NCBI GenBank assembly: GCA_964016885.1
Contig: OZ024743.1
Span: 183,830,001 to 183,894,000 of the forward strand
Origin: Eledone cirrhosa
Lineage: Eukaryota
Direction of reading: 5' to 3'
DNA: 64,000 nucleotides
Shown here: positions 13,258 through 27,912 of the stretch, in pieces
Numbering within the stretch: position 1 is the stretch's first letter
Layout of the letters: each line of letters starts with the position of its first letter
Notes under the pieces: generated by a model
The model's input: only the letters and a program-made list of their open reading frames with translations
Told to the model about the DNA's origin: nothing
Database searches by the model: none
Translations under genes and position numbers: made by a program

Positions 13258-14683
13258 ACAGGTCAAATGGTATGTATGTTTATCATACTTGTTTCTTGAC
13301 AGAGCGATCGTGGGAAACTCGCGATAATGGGTGGTCTCAGAGGCGAGAAACCACCGGTAAAACATAGGAGTATTCCGTTATACAGTCATTACCCAAGATT
13401 CATAAGCCTAGGTAAGGGTTGGCACGAATACCGAATTGAAGATAGCGAGTTTGGCTTTTACACCTACCTCTCTTTTTTTCTGATTACTGACTGCTGAAGC
13501 TGGCGCATTACTGCCGTACGTAACATAGACATATTTTCAACAATATCACCGATACCCTTTAGAAAACTAATTCTAGTACTTACCATGCCTTGAATATAGA
13601 AGCAGAAGAAATAGATACCAGTTTTACCATAGACGATAGAGTAGAAACTTTGGCGCTTCAAAAGTTGCATATTAGATTAAAAAGTCATAAAGATAGTTTT
13701 ATTACCAAACCCAAATGTACATGAATAAATCCAAGGAAAAATGATATAACTAGGGTAAGTAAAATTATTTTAGATTTCATATGTGATAAGCCTTTCTCTT
13801 TCGTTATGGAATCATAGCTTATCAATAGTTATCATGTATTTCATGGTATAGATAATAATATTTATGTTGTTCGATATACTATCTAAATATATCTGAGATT
13901 AACGGATTAATTTATTATAGAACAATTTGTCTATCATGGTATTTCAGTAGGCCTTAGAAGGCTTGTGGGGGTGTCCATCTCCTCTCCAGGCATTAAGTCA
14001 CTCACTAAGTTTTGCCTGCCAGCAAAAGCAGTTTCTTGGGTGTGGCTACAACAATTTTCGGAGCCAATAGTAAGAGTCAGGTGAAAACCAATGTATCCGT
14101 CTATCGCTAAGGATGTCGTAGACATCAAGGTATTCTCTCTACCCGAACACCTCAACAACTTATTATTATAGAACAAGCGTTCACCTACACTAATAGCTTC
14201 AGAATAAAAGGTCGAAATTGGTGAATTCTTGCAGACATTGATATTTGTCGAGGAATTTTCCGTAACCAAACTGGCTAAAATAGTTTATTTTCCACACCAT
14301 GAATTTTCTATTCCCTGAAAGATAGTTAGTATTTTGGGGGAAAATATCCAGATATTCATCACCAGTAAAGCTTTAGTAACAATAGCCACGTTTGTTTTTG
14401 ATATTGTGTCTATTACACATATGTTACTGAAGAAAGGAAAATATGTGTTCTTTGTATCACAATTAAAAAGACGGACACGTGATGTATTTTCAAAAGGTTT
14501 TTCGCAACCGATCAAATATCGATGTTATCACATTTCGATTTATTTATGAATAATTGTGCTTATACACAGTCATGCTGCTTCCCTTCTTTAGTCGTTCGAA
14601 TAATCGGCAATGTAATACTCAGACAAACGATTCAATTTTCAGCTTCTAATAATAATGCTGTGTCTCTTGGAAATGATGATGAG

Positions 14684-14847
14684 GGTTTCTGATTCAGCAA
14701 TTTTTGGGGGAAGGGAAAGTCGATTAAATCGACCCCAGTACGGCATTCGAACTCATAACGCAAAGGGACATAACTACATGCCACAAAGCATGTTATGCGA
14801 TGCTCTACCGATACTGCCAATTCATAATAATAATAATAATAATAATA
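14684..14847 (-). mobile_element. tRNA-derived SINE, internally deleted
   Basis: Minus strand shows A-box-like tggcagtatcgg and B-box-like gagttcgaatgc; same family as 37646. Confidence 0.7.
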
Positions 14848-15449
14848 ATTTTTTTTCTTTAAGCTGTAAATTATAATCAATTTGTTGTGTTAACTGGCTT
14901 ACCAATGTATGCAGTGAGTTTATTTGCCCTAAGTGTCAGGAAGACACTCGGCATATAACAGAAACACTACCGAAGGAAAAGGAAAAAAAACAATAAAAAT
15001 AGTGATTTCTTTATTAACCTCAAAGAGTTTACAAAAAATACATTAAGGACCGTACAGGGCGGTACAAATATGGGTTTCTGCGTGTAAAAAAAGGAAACAA
15101 AAACAAAAGACGTAACAAAAAATGGAAACAAAAGAAAAATCTTCAATAGAGGGAGACCACTGAGGGTTACTCATGGAGAAAGCCCACAAAAGTCACGGTC
15201 ACTCTGACCGCTAGGGAAAGCGCCTTCTCCCAGTTTTCCTCCTACAATACTGCAGGCACACGCTCAGAGCAGGCCTATTCACAATGACCATTCTTGCCTC
15301 TCTCACTTTTTAATAAAAACTAGATTAAAAGTTAACCCAATAAAAAGGGATTTAGAAATAGGTGTGTTTGAAGTAAAGGACATTGTAAGAAAGTTATGTC
15401 AAATAATCATAACTATGAATAAGGTAAAAGAAGCAGTTAAGTGAGGTAC

Positions 15450-17533
15450 CAAATTGGAAGAGCCCCGGCCCAGATGGTGTCCAAAAATATTGGAAGGAGG
15501 ATTTGAAATGTTTCCATTTAAGGGTTGTCTATGGGATCAGACAGTTCCGGAATGGATGACAACAGGAAAGACGTTATTCTGTCTTAAAGATACAGAAAAA
15601 GATAATGTATGAAACTTTTGGCCCTTTATAGGAGCATTGACCGAGGAATTTGTGTACCTTAAATAAACAAAGTTGCTGCTAACTGAGCAGAAGGGATGTA
15701 GAAAGTGAAGTAGGGGAACGAAAGACCAACTTTTGATTGATAAGATGGTAATTTGGAATTGCAAAATGACACATCTATTTAAGCATGGCTTGGATTGACT
15801 ACGGTAAAGAATAGGATTTTAATCCACATTCATGAATAGAAAGGATTATGAAAATGTAAAGTGTGGCAGAAAACATGAGAGATTTAATGTGCAGTAGTTC
15901 AGAAACATTAGCTTATGTACGAATTAAACGAGGAATATTTCAAAGTGATAGTTTATCACCCGTTCTATTTGTACTGGTAATTGTTCCTCTAAGGGATATC
16001 TTAAAGAAAACAAAGCTAGGATATGACTTGGGAAATGAAAAAGGGAAGCTGAATAATCTATTATTGATGGATGACCTAAAGTTGCGAAGAATGTGAAAGA
16101 ATTGGAGACTTAGTGTATACAGTAGAAGATATTAAAATGGAATGTTGTCTCTCAAATGATGCGACAATGGTCATGAGGAAAGATCAAAAGGATGGAGAAA
16201 GCAAAAATGCCTAAAGGGGAAATGATGAGATATATGGAACCAGGGACAGGTTACAAATACCTAGGGTTGTTGGAGGCTGGTGGCATTAAACAATAGACGA
16301 TGAAGGAGATGACACAGAAAGTGTATCTTAGGAGAGTGCGGAAAATACTTGGATCAAAACTGAATGTGAGAAACATGTTATAGCAGTTACAACTGTGCTA
16401 TAGAGGGAAGGAGGGGACAGATGGTGAATTGAAGGATTTAGATAAACACAAAAATTACTGACAATATATGGAACACAGAGAGATTACACATTAAACTGGC
16501 AAACTGGTGCAGGGGGTTGTAGAGGATTGTGTTAGGGTTGAGGAGGATTGCTTATTGAAATACTTGTCTGAAAGCAATGAAATATTGTTGGTAACAGTAT
16601 GAGAGGAAACGCCCTTTAAAGCTAGCGACAGAGAAAAAACTAAATATGGGATACAAGAGGAACATACAAAAGCAGCGCTTAACAAAGAACTACACCAACA
16701 ATTTCACAGTGTGACAGTTGAAGTAACAGAATAACGAAGATGGAATTCGTTAAAAAAAAAGCGCACTGAAAAAGGAAACTGAGAGTACGATCTTTGAAGC
16801 TGAAGATCATGCACTGGTCACTGACTGTCATGTTGACAAAAGAAACTAACAAGTATCTCCTTTGTGTAGATTGTGCAATGAGTACGATGAAACAATATCA
16901 TATTGTTTATGAATGTTCTAAACTTGTGGAAAACCAATACAAGCTGCGGCAGCATGATGAGTTTGTAAAGATAATACACTGGAAGTTGTGTGAGAAATGG
17001 GAATTTGAAAGAGGAAAGACCTTGCATGATCATAAGACCCAAAGAGAATTGAATCAGAAATGTGTTGAACTTTTAGGATTTTCCAATACAGACTGACCAA
17101 AAATTAGAACACAATAAATCAGACAAAACAGTGGTTGACAAGGTTAACAAGATATTCCTATTAGCTGATGTGGTTTACCCATTTGATTGAAGAATAACAT
17201 TGAAAGAAGCAGAAAAGGAAGAAACTTACAACTTCTTGAAATAGGAGTTGCACTGATATGGAATATGAAGTATTTCGAGATAGTAGCGGTACTTGTGGGA
17301 GAATTGGGAAGACAAAAAATATGGAAAGACACCTAAGGAAAATTACCATTATATGTCCAGTTAAACTATTGCAGAAAAGATGGCTTCTTGGAACAACCAA
17401 GATAACCAGAGAAATTCTTGACAATTGGACGGTATATGTACATCATGGTATTGTAGGCTGCAGGCAGCAAGCTTGCTACCCATGCTAATATCAGGATTTA
17501 CATCTAAGCCAGAGTAAAACCATAATAATAATT
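15450..17533 (+). mobile_element. Decayed R4/Dong-like RLE retrotransposon
   Basis: Fragments NWKSPGPDG, GIFQSDSLSP, LMDDLKL, YKYLG, RQHD and LLQKRWLLGT with many stops and frameshifts; ends in a short (TAA)n. Confidence 0.85.
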
Positions 17534-17895
17534 GTTTCTACTTTTGGCACAAGGCCAGCAAATTACTCAGTACATTACTGGTACTTTATTTTATCGACCC
17601 CATAAGGATGAAAGGCAAAGTTGATCTCGGCAGGATATGAACTCAGAATGGAAAGGGCCGTAACTCTATGCGTCAAAGCATGACGTCCGACCCTCAACCG
17701 ATACTGCCAATCCACAATAATAATGGTTCCTGATTTAGGCACAAAGCCAGCAATTTTGGGGGAGAGGTAAGTCGATTAAATCGACACCAGTGCGTGACTG
17801 GTACTTTATTTTATCGAGCCCCTAAGGATGAAAGGGAAAGCGAACCTCAGTGGGATTTGAACTTATTACGTAAATGGATGTAACTCTATGCCATG
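17532..17895 (-). mobile_element. Two adjacent tRNA-derived SINE copies (17532-17716, 17724-17895)
   Basis: Both carry the reverse complement of gagttcaaatcc...tttcatcctta.ggg.tcgataaaataaagtaccag. Confidence 0.85.
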
Positions 17896-18362
17896 CGAAG
17901 CAACATTACCAACAACAGCTACACACACACATATACGCATATATATTATTTGTATATTTGTAGTAGTAAACATCTTTGAAAGGCTGTTAGAATTAGCTTA
18001 GCTGAGTAAAAGAAACAATTATTGACACCCACTCATGTATGTGTGAGTGCGTATGAATGTGTGTGAGTGTGTGTGTCTGCGTGTGAGTGTACGTGCATAT
18101 CTCTCTATCTACATCTTGGCAGCTACATGTGGAGTGTATATATTCCTCAGTGGCTGGTCGATGTATATATATATATATATATATACACCCACACACACAT
18201 ATATATATATATGAGGGGATGTATGTGTGTGTGTTTTTCCAAGTGGCCGGGAGTGTTCACGAGCGTGTATTCCTTTCAGTGAAACTCAAGCCTTCTTACA
18301 TCAATACCCATACCTCAATCAGTTTCATTGATGCTTCACCGAATGTTTTTACTTATTTCCTA

Positions 18363-18447
<85 letters not shown>

Positions 18448-19933
18448 TATCTATTTATCTATCTATCCATCCATCTCTCTCTCCTGCTATCCCATTTTCT
18501 GCCTCTCTCTATCATTCACTACTTTTATCAGTTTTTATTTATTTATTCCCGCCCTTTTTCTTTTTGCTTTCTTACATTCTTTTCCTCGTTTCTTTCTTTA
18601 TTCTCTTTTTTCTTTTGCCATACGTTTCACTTTATTTACTTATTCTTATCTTTCTCTCTCGTTCCTACGAAGTTTACAGTAGTATTTAAACTTCTCTACC
18701 AGACTGGCAGAGGAGCTTTACGGACGTAACTTTAAACAAAATTATCAGCTGAACTGACATTAACTAAACGAGGTGCGTGTTTATAGGAATTCTGGGATTG
18801 CTTTCTTACAAGTCATGGCGAACAAGTCGTCTGCAAGCTACACATGTTTTTGTAAAAGGCGTTGTTAAAACAATGCTGCATTATAGAATATATTGTTGGT
18901 GTTATTTTGAATTAGTTGTCAGTAAGTATTTGCTTCAATCTTTTTTTCTTTCTCGTTTCCTTGATACATTTGTATGGAGATAATATGTGCAACTAAATGT
19001 CTAGCATTCTATGTTGTAGGCGTGTGTGTATGTACGGGAGTGTGTATATGTGTATATACCGGTGCATGCATTGGCTTGTATGTATGTACGAATGTACATA
19101 TGTATGTATGTTTTTATATCTACATATATATATATATATTCAAATTTATTTAAAGAAAATCAATCTACTGTCATTAAAAACATTTTTAATCACTTTCATT
19201 TGTTTCGGATGGACTGTGAAATGAGCTCGCCTAAGTATTGTAAACGATCAACTTGTTTTCGTTAGTGCTTCGAGCTTGTCATAGAGAAACAAAATATCTT
19301 CTTCAGAGTGGTATAAACTAATGTCAGTTTATAGTCTCATAAAACATTGATCACATCAAGCAATAGAAGTTAACGAACCCCATAATTTGAATTTACAGAA
19401 AATAAGTAGAAAGACATTTTTTCCGGGTTTTTATGAATTTGTGGAATATGTCTTTCACCATGTTTACTTATTGTAGTTTAATCGACAGTATGATGAAAGG
19501 AAGATGCTCTGCTTGTTTCCTAAATGCAACATTTTTTCCACGCTTTAACCAAACTCTTCTCTTAACACTTATTTTGCATGATATAAACATTGAGCAATTG
19601 CTTCTTTCCGAGGCTGGCAATTTCAATCTATAAGTCTGTCTCTACTCTCCTTTGAGAATTGATTGCTCGGTTTGTTGTTGTTTTTTTCGCTGTTTTGTTA
19701 CTGTTTTCTCTTTTCTTCCCCTTTGCTTTCCTTCCCTCCTTCCTTCGTTTTCCCAATAACTTATCCAGTTATTGGCGCCCTGGGCGGTAGATATCTTGTC
19801 TTTAAAACGTAGAAATATCCTAGACCCCCAGTAGATAACTGATGAGGACCCCCCTCCCCTGTTCTTAATTTCTTCGTATTCCCACTGCATTTTAAGTTAC
19901 CTTAAATAGCAACTACACAGCCATTTCTATTCT

Positions 19934-20049
<116 letters not shown>

Positions 20050-20626
20050 GGTATAAATCGAAGCTGTAGCCGCAATATAGCAGATACCAATCGAATTGTT
20101 TGTGTCAGTCACAAAGCAGTCGATGGTGCAAAAAGCTAATACATTTTCGTCGAGAGTAAACAAAGTTAAGAAAGTATGACACCATGAATGAAACGACCAA
20201 GTGCATGTGTCCATATATTATAACCACAACAACGTCAAATACAAACAGGTATTTATATATAGTTCAAAGTGACAAACAAACAAATGCAGGAGTGTACATA
20301 GTTTTATTAGCTTCAGGTTTGGAGTGTACATAGTGTTATTAACTTCAGGTATGGATGAGAGTGGGGGAGGTTACGACGTTTCGGACATAAAGCCTTCATC
20401 AGGAAAGTAGGGTGGAACTCTCGGAGGAGAGGAGTTAATAGGAAAAACATGAAAGAACGGGAAAAATAGAAATAAAAATTAACATGAAAATCAAAATAAA
20501 TAAAAGCAGAATATGCATATATATTTTCATTGTAAATTTGTAACAAAAATTATTCATTATATTTCATATATATGTGTGTGTAAGCGTGTAGACACAAACT
20601 GATTATATATATAAGTATATATATAT

Positions 20627-22877
20627 ATTGTTATACTTGGGGAGGGTCATATTTGTGTAATATTGCCAGAATTAATAACAGAACACACTCACTGTTTGGT
20701 TGGTTTTCGCTTCTCGCTGTCTTTTATATCGGTAATCTAACTTACTCGGTCCTCAATGTTGCCATTGACTGACCGACGGTCAAAAATAATACAGATACAA
20801 TATAGACACAAACACATATATATAGTTTATCATAAATCTTTCGTTGCACATCTGCCATGACCTTAGATGTTTCTGCCCTAGTAGACCTATAAGAGGTAGA
20901 CCCCCTACCATAACCTCAATGGCAAAAAAGACTCCCATGGGAAGGTGGATTGGGTGGACCAAAGCTATACGGACCCCCCAAAACAATGATCGGGTAAGAA
21001 AAATGGTCGCACATGCAATAGGGGCTAGTATCAAAACTACCCTAAAGGACCACATATTTAAGTTCAACGAGAAAATCTACACCCAAAATGAGGGAGCAGT
21101 CATCCGCGTCAGCATAGCTGGTGATGTTGCCAACCTTTTCATGGTATGGTGGGAAAAGAGACTTAAAGATCTCCTTGATGAAAGCTACATAGACCTCATC
21201 ATGTACTCTCGTTATGTAGACGATATCAATATAGTTATAAGAACACCCCCACTAGAGAGCACTAACAAGTTTGATTTAGAACGTAGCATGATGGAAAGCA
21301 TCCAGCAGATAGCTAATTCCATACACCAGAGTATAACTGTAACTATCGACTTCCCTTCCAAACACCCTAACAATAGACTACCTGTATTAGACACAGAACT
21401 CTGGATTAACACTATAGACGAGAGAGCCCAAATTCTCCACTCACACTATGCTAAACCCATGGCCTCCAAATACCTGATACTCAAAAACTCAGCAATGTCC
21501 AGTAGTGCTAAGTTTAATATTCTGATCGCAGATTTGGTACGACCCAACAGAAATGGAAAGACACATCCAACACTTCATCAACCGCATGCAGTTCTCTGGC
21601 TACAACCAAAGAGACAGAGTCAGAGTATACGAAGAAGCCATGGAAAAGTATAAGACCCTCATAGAACTGGACATGAAAGGAATTTGCCCATTATACAGGA
21701 GCAAATCATGGAATAGCTTAGATAGGGCTAGACATAAGATAGGGAAAGCCACCTCATGGTACGACAACCAGAGATACCAGAGTGTCATGTTTGTGGACGC
21801 CACCCCTGGAGGGAAATTAGCTAACCAGTGTAGAAAGGCCCTGAGAAAGACCCACTTAAAAATAAAGGTGGTAGAAAAGCCAGGAATCACCATAAAATCC
21901 CTGATCAGCAAAACCTACCCTTTTAAGAAAACACACTGTACCAATAGGAAATGTATCATATGTAAGGTGAACCCCCGGATAAACTGTAAAACTAGAAACG
22001 TAGTCTATAGCATAAGATGTACAGAGGGTACTTGCAGAAACATGACAACAACATACATAGGTGAGACAGCTCGTAGCATAGGTGAAAGGATAGACCAACA
22101 CTGGGGGGAACTAAAAGGACGAACAAACGGGTCAGTACTATACGAACATGCTAGACAACAACATGACGGTAACATAGACAACATAGAAATTAGAATAATA
22201 TCTAAACATAGAAATGACCCAGCAGATAGGCAAATCAGAGAGGCCAGTGAAATATAAATTAGAAGACCAAAGCTAAACAGAAAGAATGAATGGAATAACA
22301 ACACCCAAACAAACAACACTGACCTAAGAGAAGTATAAATAAATAAATAAAATAAGATAAATAAATAAATAAATACATACACAAGCACAATAACAACAAG
22401 CACATAAACACACACTAGTCACCCATCACACAGCAAACATAACACTATACACACACGCAAACGCATGCGCAAAGAAGACGAAATAAAATAAACAAACAAG
22501 CAAATAAATAAATAAATATATAGACAGACTGAATAAAAATGGCGTAGACATACAACACAACAGGAGGAAAATATAACACCACTGACGATGTTGCAGATGT
22601 GCAACGATAGATTTATGATAAACTATATATATGTGTTTGTGTCTATATTGTATCTGTATTATTTTTGACCGTCGGTCAGTCAATGGCAACATTGAGGACC
22701 GAGTAAGTTAGATTACCGATATAAAAGACAGCGAGAAGCGAAAACCAACCAAACAGTGAGTGTGTTCTGTTATTAATTCTGGCAATATTACACAAATACG
22801 ACCCTCCCCAAGTATAACAATATTTGTTTCGACACACGATTTCATATAAAAAACCTCGCAAAACTAATTCATCGCCG

Positions 22878-22878
<1 letters not shown>
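20627..22878 (+). mobile_element. Penelope-like element, 5'-truncated, with inverted pLTR copy at the 5' junction
   Basis: RT (AGDVANLFM, YSRYVDD) and GIY-YIG endonuclease (NVVYSI...TYIGETAR, REA) in two frames over 20856-22257; 20627-20855 is the reverse complement of 22593-22822. Confidence 0.92.
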
Positions 22879-22935
<57 letters not shown>

Positions 22936-23206
22936 ATATATATATATTTGATATATATTGATATATATATATTTGATCATGCCTTTATTTTTAATTTCAT
23001 TTGCACCGTTTCCTCTCACTCCCTTTTTGCTATATGTCTCTCCACCACTCCCCTACACACCCTTTGAACTCTCTTCCCACACACTTTTCACCCGAAGAAG
23101 GGTTTATGCCCGAAACGTCGTTCCCCACCACCACCCCACTCTCAAGAGCGTGAAACTAATAAACCTTTGTTCGTACTGCCTATCTGTTTTGTTCCCGTTC
23201 AATTTT

Positions 23207-23265
<59 letters not shown>

Positions 23266-23270
<5 letters not shown>

Positions 23271-26200
23271 CAGGTTATCAATAATGTAGTGATAATATAT
23301 CGTCACGTTAGAGATGAACAGCGTACGTGTAGGTTTGCTCAACAAGTATAAATTATATTCCGGAGAAAATGTAGAAAAGATGAATATAAAATGAAAGTGC
23401 TTTTTTTTTAAAAGGAATTTATTAGGTATTGACATATGTTTCTGTAACAGACGGAATACCTATGTATCGCTGCTTGCGTAATCATATAATGTTAGCAAGT
23501 ATTCGATAGCAAATGTATAATCAGTTGTTATTTCTTCAGAGATATTGGATAAATTGGAAAAAATCAGAAAAATTGAAGTATTTATATTAGTTGTAATAAA
23601 GGAAGAAGAGAGGGGATAGTATATGACAGATGGCAATTCAATTTACTGGTAAACAAGTATATAAAGGGTTTCTAATGAGAATACAATAAGTATATGGTTT
23701 ATTTTATCTAAATAAGAATTTTTGGGACTGCCTATTTTAATCTATACTTGACCAATTGAACAATGGACAGGGCTGGTCGTTTGGTGTAGTAGTATTAATT
23801 ATAAAGTGTCAATTAAGGAAGAGGGAGATTTTCACTGCTACTGAATAACAACAATTCTGGTAGCCTGCTGGTATATGCATTAGGGAATTGAATTAAGAAA
23901 TCTCATTTTATCTATAGCAGTTTATATTAAATGGTAAAGAATAGAAGAGTTGATAGAATTAAGACTAATAGAGAATGTTAATATGTATTTTGACAATCAA
24001 ACGGAGATGGAGACAGGCGTTCAATCCTGGTAGTGTTTTTAATATGAAAATGTAAATTTTAAGCGATGGTTACAGTATAACGATCGCTCTATTCTGTTAT
24101 TTAATAAAATATTTTTGGATTTCATAATACAAAATAATTCCATATTACACAATTTACAAAATTCTTGTCCGTGGGATATGGAAGGGCAGTACTATTATAT
24201 CCCATTTTAGGTTAAATTGTTGGTTATTTTCGCGCAGCTGCCAAGCCTTGTCTGCGAGTGTTGTTACATAACGCTGGTTTTCATGTTTTATCGAGTAACG
24301 ATGTCTATAAAGGCGAGATTTGAAGGAGGTGGCTGTAGACCCCACATAGTACCACTTCTGGCTATCCGATTCGATAGTACATTTGTATATGATGTTGCGT
24401 TCAAGACACTGATTGTTCAACGGACACATTCCTGGTTGGACACAGTTACAGTTATAATTTTGCGTTGTTGTATTGGCATGGATGGGTTGATGAGGTTGCT
24501 TAGGCAGGACGGGATGTTTTTTGTTGTTTTGTGATGTTATAGCTGATGTTTTACGTGTATTGTTATGTGTTGGAAGGCGTTTATACAACCGTTTTGCGTT
24601 AAGCTTTTTTATATGTTGTTCAATATTAGGGGCGGTTGAATATGAAAGTCGAATAGTGTTAGGGTTTAAGATTTTATTATATTTATGTGATGTTGGAAAG
24701 TGTTTTTTAACTAATTGAAAGAATTGTGAGGGTAGATTGGTTTTAATAGAGTTGTTATAGACCGGGTTGTACCATATATACTCTTTACATCGCCTTCTGT
24801 TTGGTGGTGTGCGACTATTAGTGTGTCTATTGCGGTAGTGTATGTATGGTGGTGATTCTATGCTATTTCTACCTCTATGAGATTTATTTTGGGTGTTTTG
24901 GTGATCGTCGACTATATACTCTATATTATCTAGGTGTCCAGCCTTCCTAAGTGCATCATCATAATATTCGGCATGTTCTTTGAAGGTTTGCTGGTTGGAC
25001 GACAGGCGGGAGATTCTAAGGGAAATATTTCTAGGGATGGATTTAATAATAGAGGGTGGATGGTTAGAACTCGTATTTACATATTTAAGGTTCTCATTTA
25101 GTTTATGGAACGGTTTAATCGTTTCTGTATTGAGATTCAAAGTAACATCAAGGAAATTAACCTCTTTGAGGTTATATTCAAATGTAATATTTAATCCTAG
25201 TTCCTTAAAGAGCTTTCTGATATTTTTACGCATCCTTTCTAAATTCTGGTTATTCATATGCTTAACTAATAGGAGCGCATCGTCACGGTAGATTCCACCG
25301 TGGAGATCCTTGAATTTTCCTTGTAGTCTGTGGGTGATATAAATTCCCACAGGATCAGTTACTTCCGCCGAATCATTGGAACCCATAGTAATATCAAAAT
25401 TAGAAGGTCTATCTTTGCGAACCCAGTAGCTATCATCAAATTTAATAGTTTTCCTCGCTTCCATAATAATATTAATTTCAGCATCCGTAAGGTCGGAATT
25501 AGCCTTAGCGAACGAAAGAGCTTCATGTAGAGTATCAGGTGAAATTGAGGAATAATATTCATCAATATCAAACTGAATAAATTTTGATTTTTTTCTTATC
25601 AGTAATGCTATTAAACCATCTTATTGCCTCATGGGTGTTACCCCATAGTTTAATATCTACTTTAGCCTTAACTTGGGGGATAATTCTGTCTAGTATATAT
25701 TTGCTAATTTTACCTATATCAGATTTAGAGGAGCATATAAGTCTAATTTTAGGGTCAGTATCGAAGTTTACCTTGTGGTCCTTCAGGTTGAAGGATGGTG
25801 TAGCTGGTGTTAAGGGTTGCGTTCTATCGTCAATACAAAGTTTTTTAACAATTTCACATGCCGAGTTGTTGATGTTTTTAAGTGTAGCTTCATTAGTTTT
25901 CTTGTATTTTTTATGCAATTCCTTACGGATGAAGTTATTGTAAGTGTCCACATCCATGGTATATACGTTTGATGCTTTGTCTGCTCTAACAATAATTCCA
26001 TTGGCGTTTTTTAGATTATTGAGCAGTGCCGTGATGTCATTCTGTAGTTTATTGTTTTTCTCTTTTGTAAATTTGATCTCCATGATCATATCCATTAGGT
26101 CTTGTTCAAATGCATCCAAAAGTGGGTTTGAAGGTGGGTTTTTGTAAGATTTAAATCCAAATTTATCCTTGTTAAGATCCGATGTTTGGTTTATACGGCT

Positions 26201-26587
26201 TTTGTCAAAATTGAATGTTTTCCATCTGATTCGTCGAATAAAATCATTGGTCCTTCGTATCATACCTAGAATATATTCCTTTTTTGCCTGAATAGGTATG
26301 TTTTTTAACGACATATCCAATTGGTGCCTTTCCATTTTAGAGGCGTATGCTGAATTAGTTGCTCAACTGTATAGGAGATTATTAAAATTTCAGGTTATCA
26401 ATAATGTAGTGATAATATATCGTCACGTTAGAGATGAACAGCGTACGTGTAGGTTTGCTCAACGAGTATAAATTATATTCCGGAGAAAATGTAGAAAAGA
26501 TAGGTATTCCGTCTGTTACAGAAACATATGTCAATACCTAATAAATTCCTTTAAAAAAAAAAGCATTCATTTTATATTCATCTTTTT
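23266..26587 (-). mobile_element. Full-length Penelope-like element (Naiad-like), frameshifted
   Basis: ATG at 26335 (SLKNIP), RT GIYRDD, YNPVY, CNC..CPL..C, IIY...YVG, and CKLC/C.H in an alternative frame ending near 24040. Direct pLTR repeat 23266-23381/26386-26501 plus inverted segment 26501-26587. Confidence 0.93.
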
Positions 26588-27764
26588 TATATTTTTATAT
26601 ATATATAAATATTTCTCTCTCTATCTCTCCCCCTCTCTCTCTTTGTCTCTCTCTCTCCATCCCCCCACTATAAACAATTTAATTCTCTTTAACTCACCAC
26701 ACTCTAAATCGACGACATCATGTCTACATATATCAAAACTGATCAAAGAATCCTTCCACCTCTACCTCTCCCTCCATCTCAGTTTGTCACCCTACTTCCT
26801 AATTCTTCTCCCCCTTCCTCTCTCTCTATACTACTCCCTTTGTCACTCCACTTTCTAATTCCTTTTCCTCTCTCTCTCTATACTAGCAAATACAATTCCA
26901 AAAAATGTTTTTCTCTATATTAAGAACTTGTTAAGAGTAACTTATTCACTATTTTGAAAATTTGGAGGTGTACAACAATTATTATTGAGTGGCTGCTATT
27001 TGCAGTATAGCAATATAAGGTTGCACTTACCAATGAAACGGTCGTAAATACCTGGATAAAATCCTTTTTTTAATGCTTACCTGTGTTTTCTCTTTTATCC
27101 TTTACATTCCAAGATTGAACGTGATTCTTACAAACTTGTGGAGTTACCCCTAACCATACGTCGAAACCGTCCATGAAACTGGCTGTCTTAACCACGAACT
27201 GGATTACAATAAGCAATTTTCTGCTTCCCTAACTATATATATATGTATATATGTGTGTGTGTGTGTGCGTATATCAACTTATTAACCTGTAATTGTAAGA
27301 TAGCATTGTGATTTTTTTTATTCATTTCTCACTAATTTTATATATTTTTTTATTTATTTTTTTATTTATTTCTATTATCTTTTATTGTCTCCTACTCTCA
27401 TTCGATTTACCTAGTCTATAACCTGCCTCCTCCACTTCATACACTATCCTGAGAATCTGCTGTATACATATCACTTTCAACGCATGACCGCTCCACTCAC
27501 TCCTCTATTGTTCTACAGGCAAGTCCAGCCACCCCTACCTCCCACCAAATGCCATGATAGACTTATTTGTGTTTACAAGAAATTTTAACCAATCCTCTTG
27601 ACAACTACAATCTTCCCATATAAGGAAGTACCCCTTGACAAGTTCGGCTATTTATTCACCAGACTAAACATTATAATTTATCCAGAAATAGCCCTCGAAA
27701 CGGCTTGAGCTCTGCCGTCGAGGTCATACATTTTCCTATATGTATATATATATATGATGGCTGC

Positions 27765-27845
27765 CCCCTCGTTATCGAGTATGGCCATTGCACAAGAAAA
27801 AAATAATAATAATAATAAATAAATAAAAAAAAAAAATAAAAAAAG

Positions 27846-27912
<67 letters not shown>

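Noticed and set aside
13464-14549. Non-repetitive stretch with short minus-strand ORFs
   Set aside because: No recognisable motif or consistent exon structure; needs a BLASTX search.
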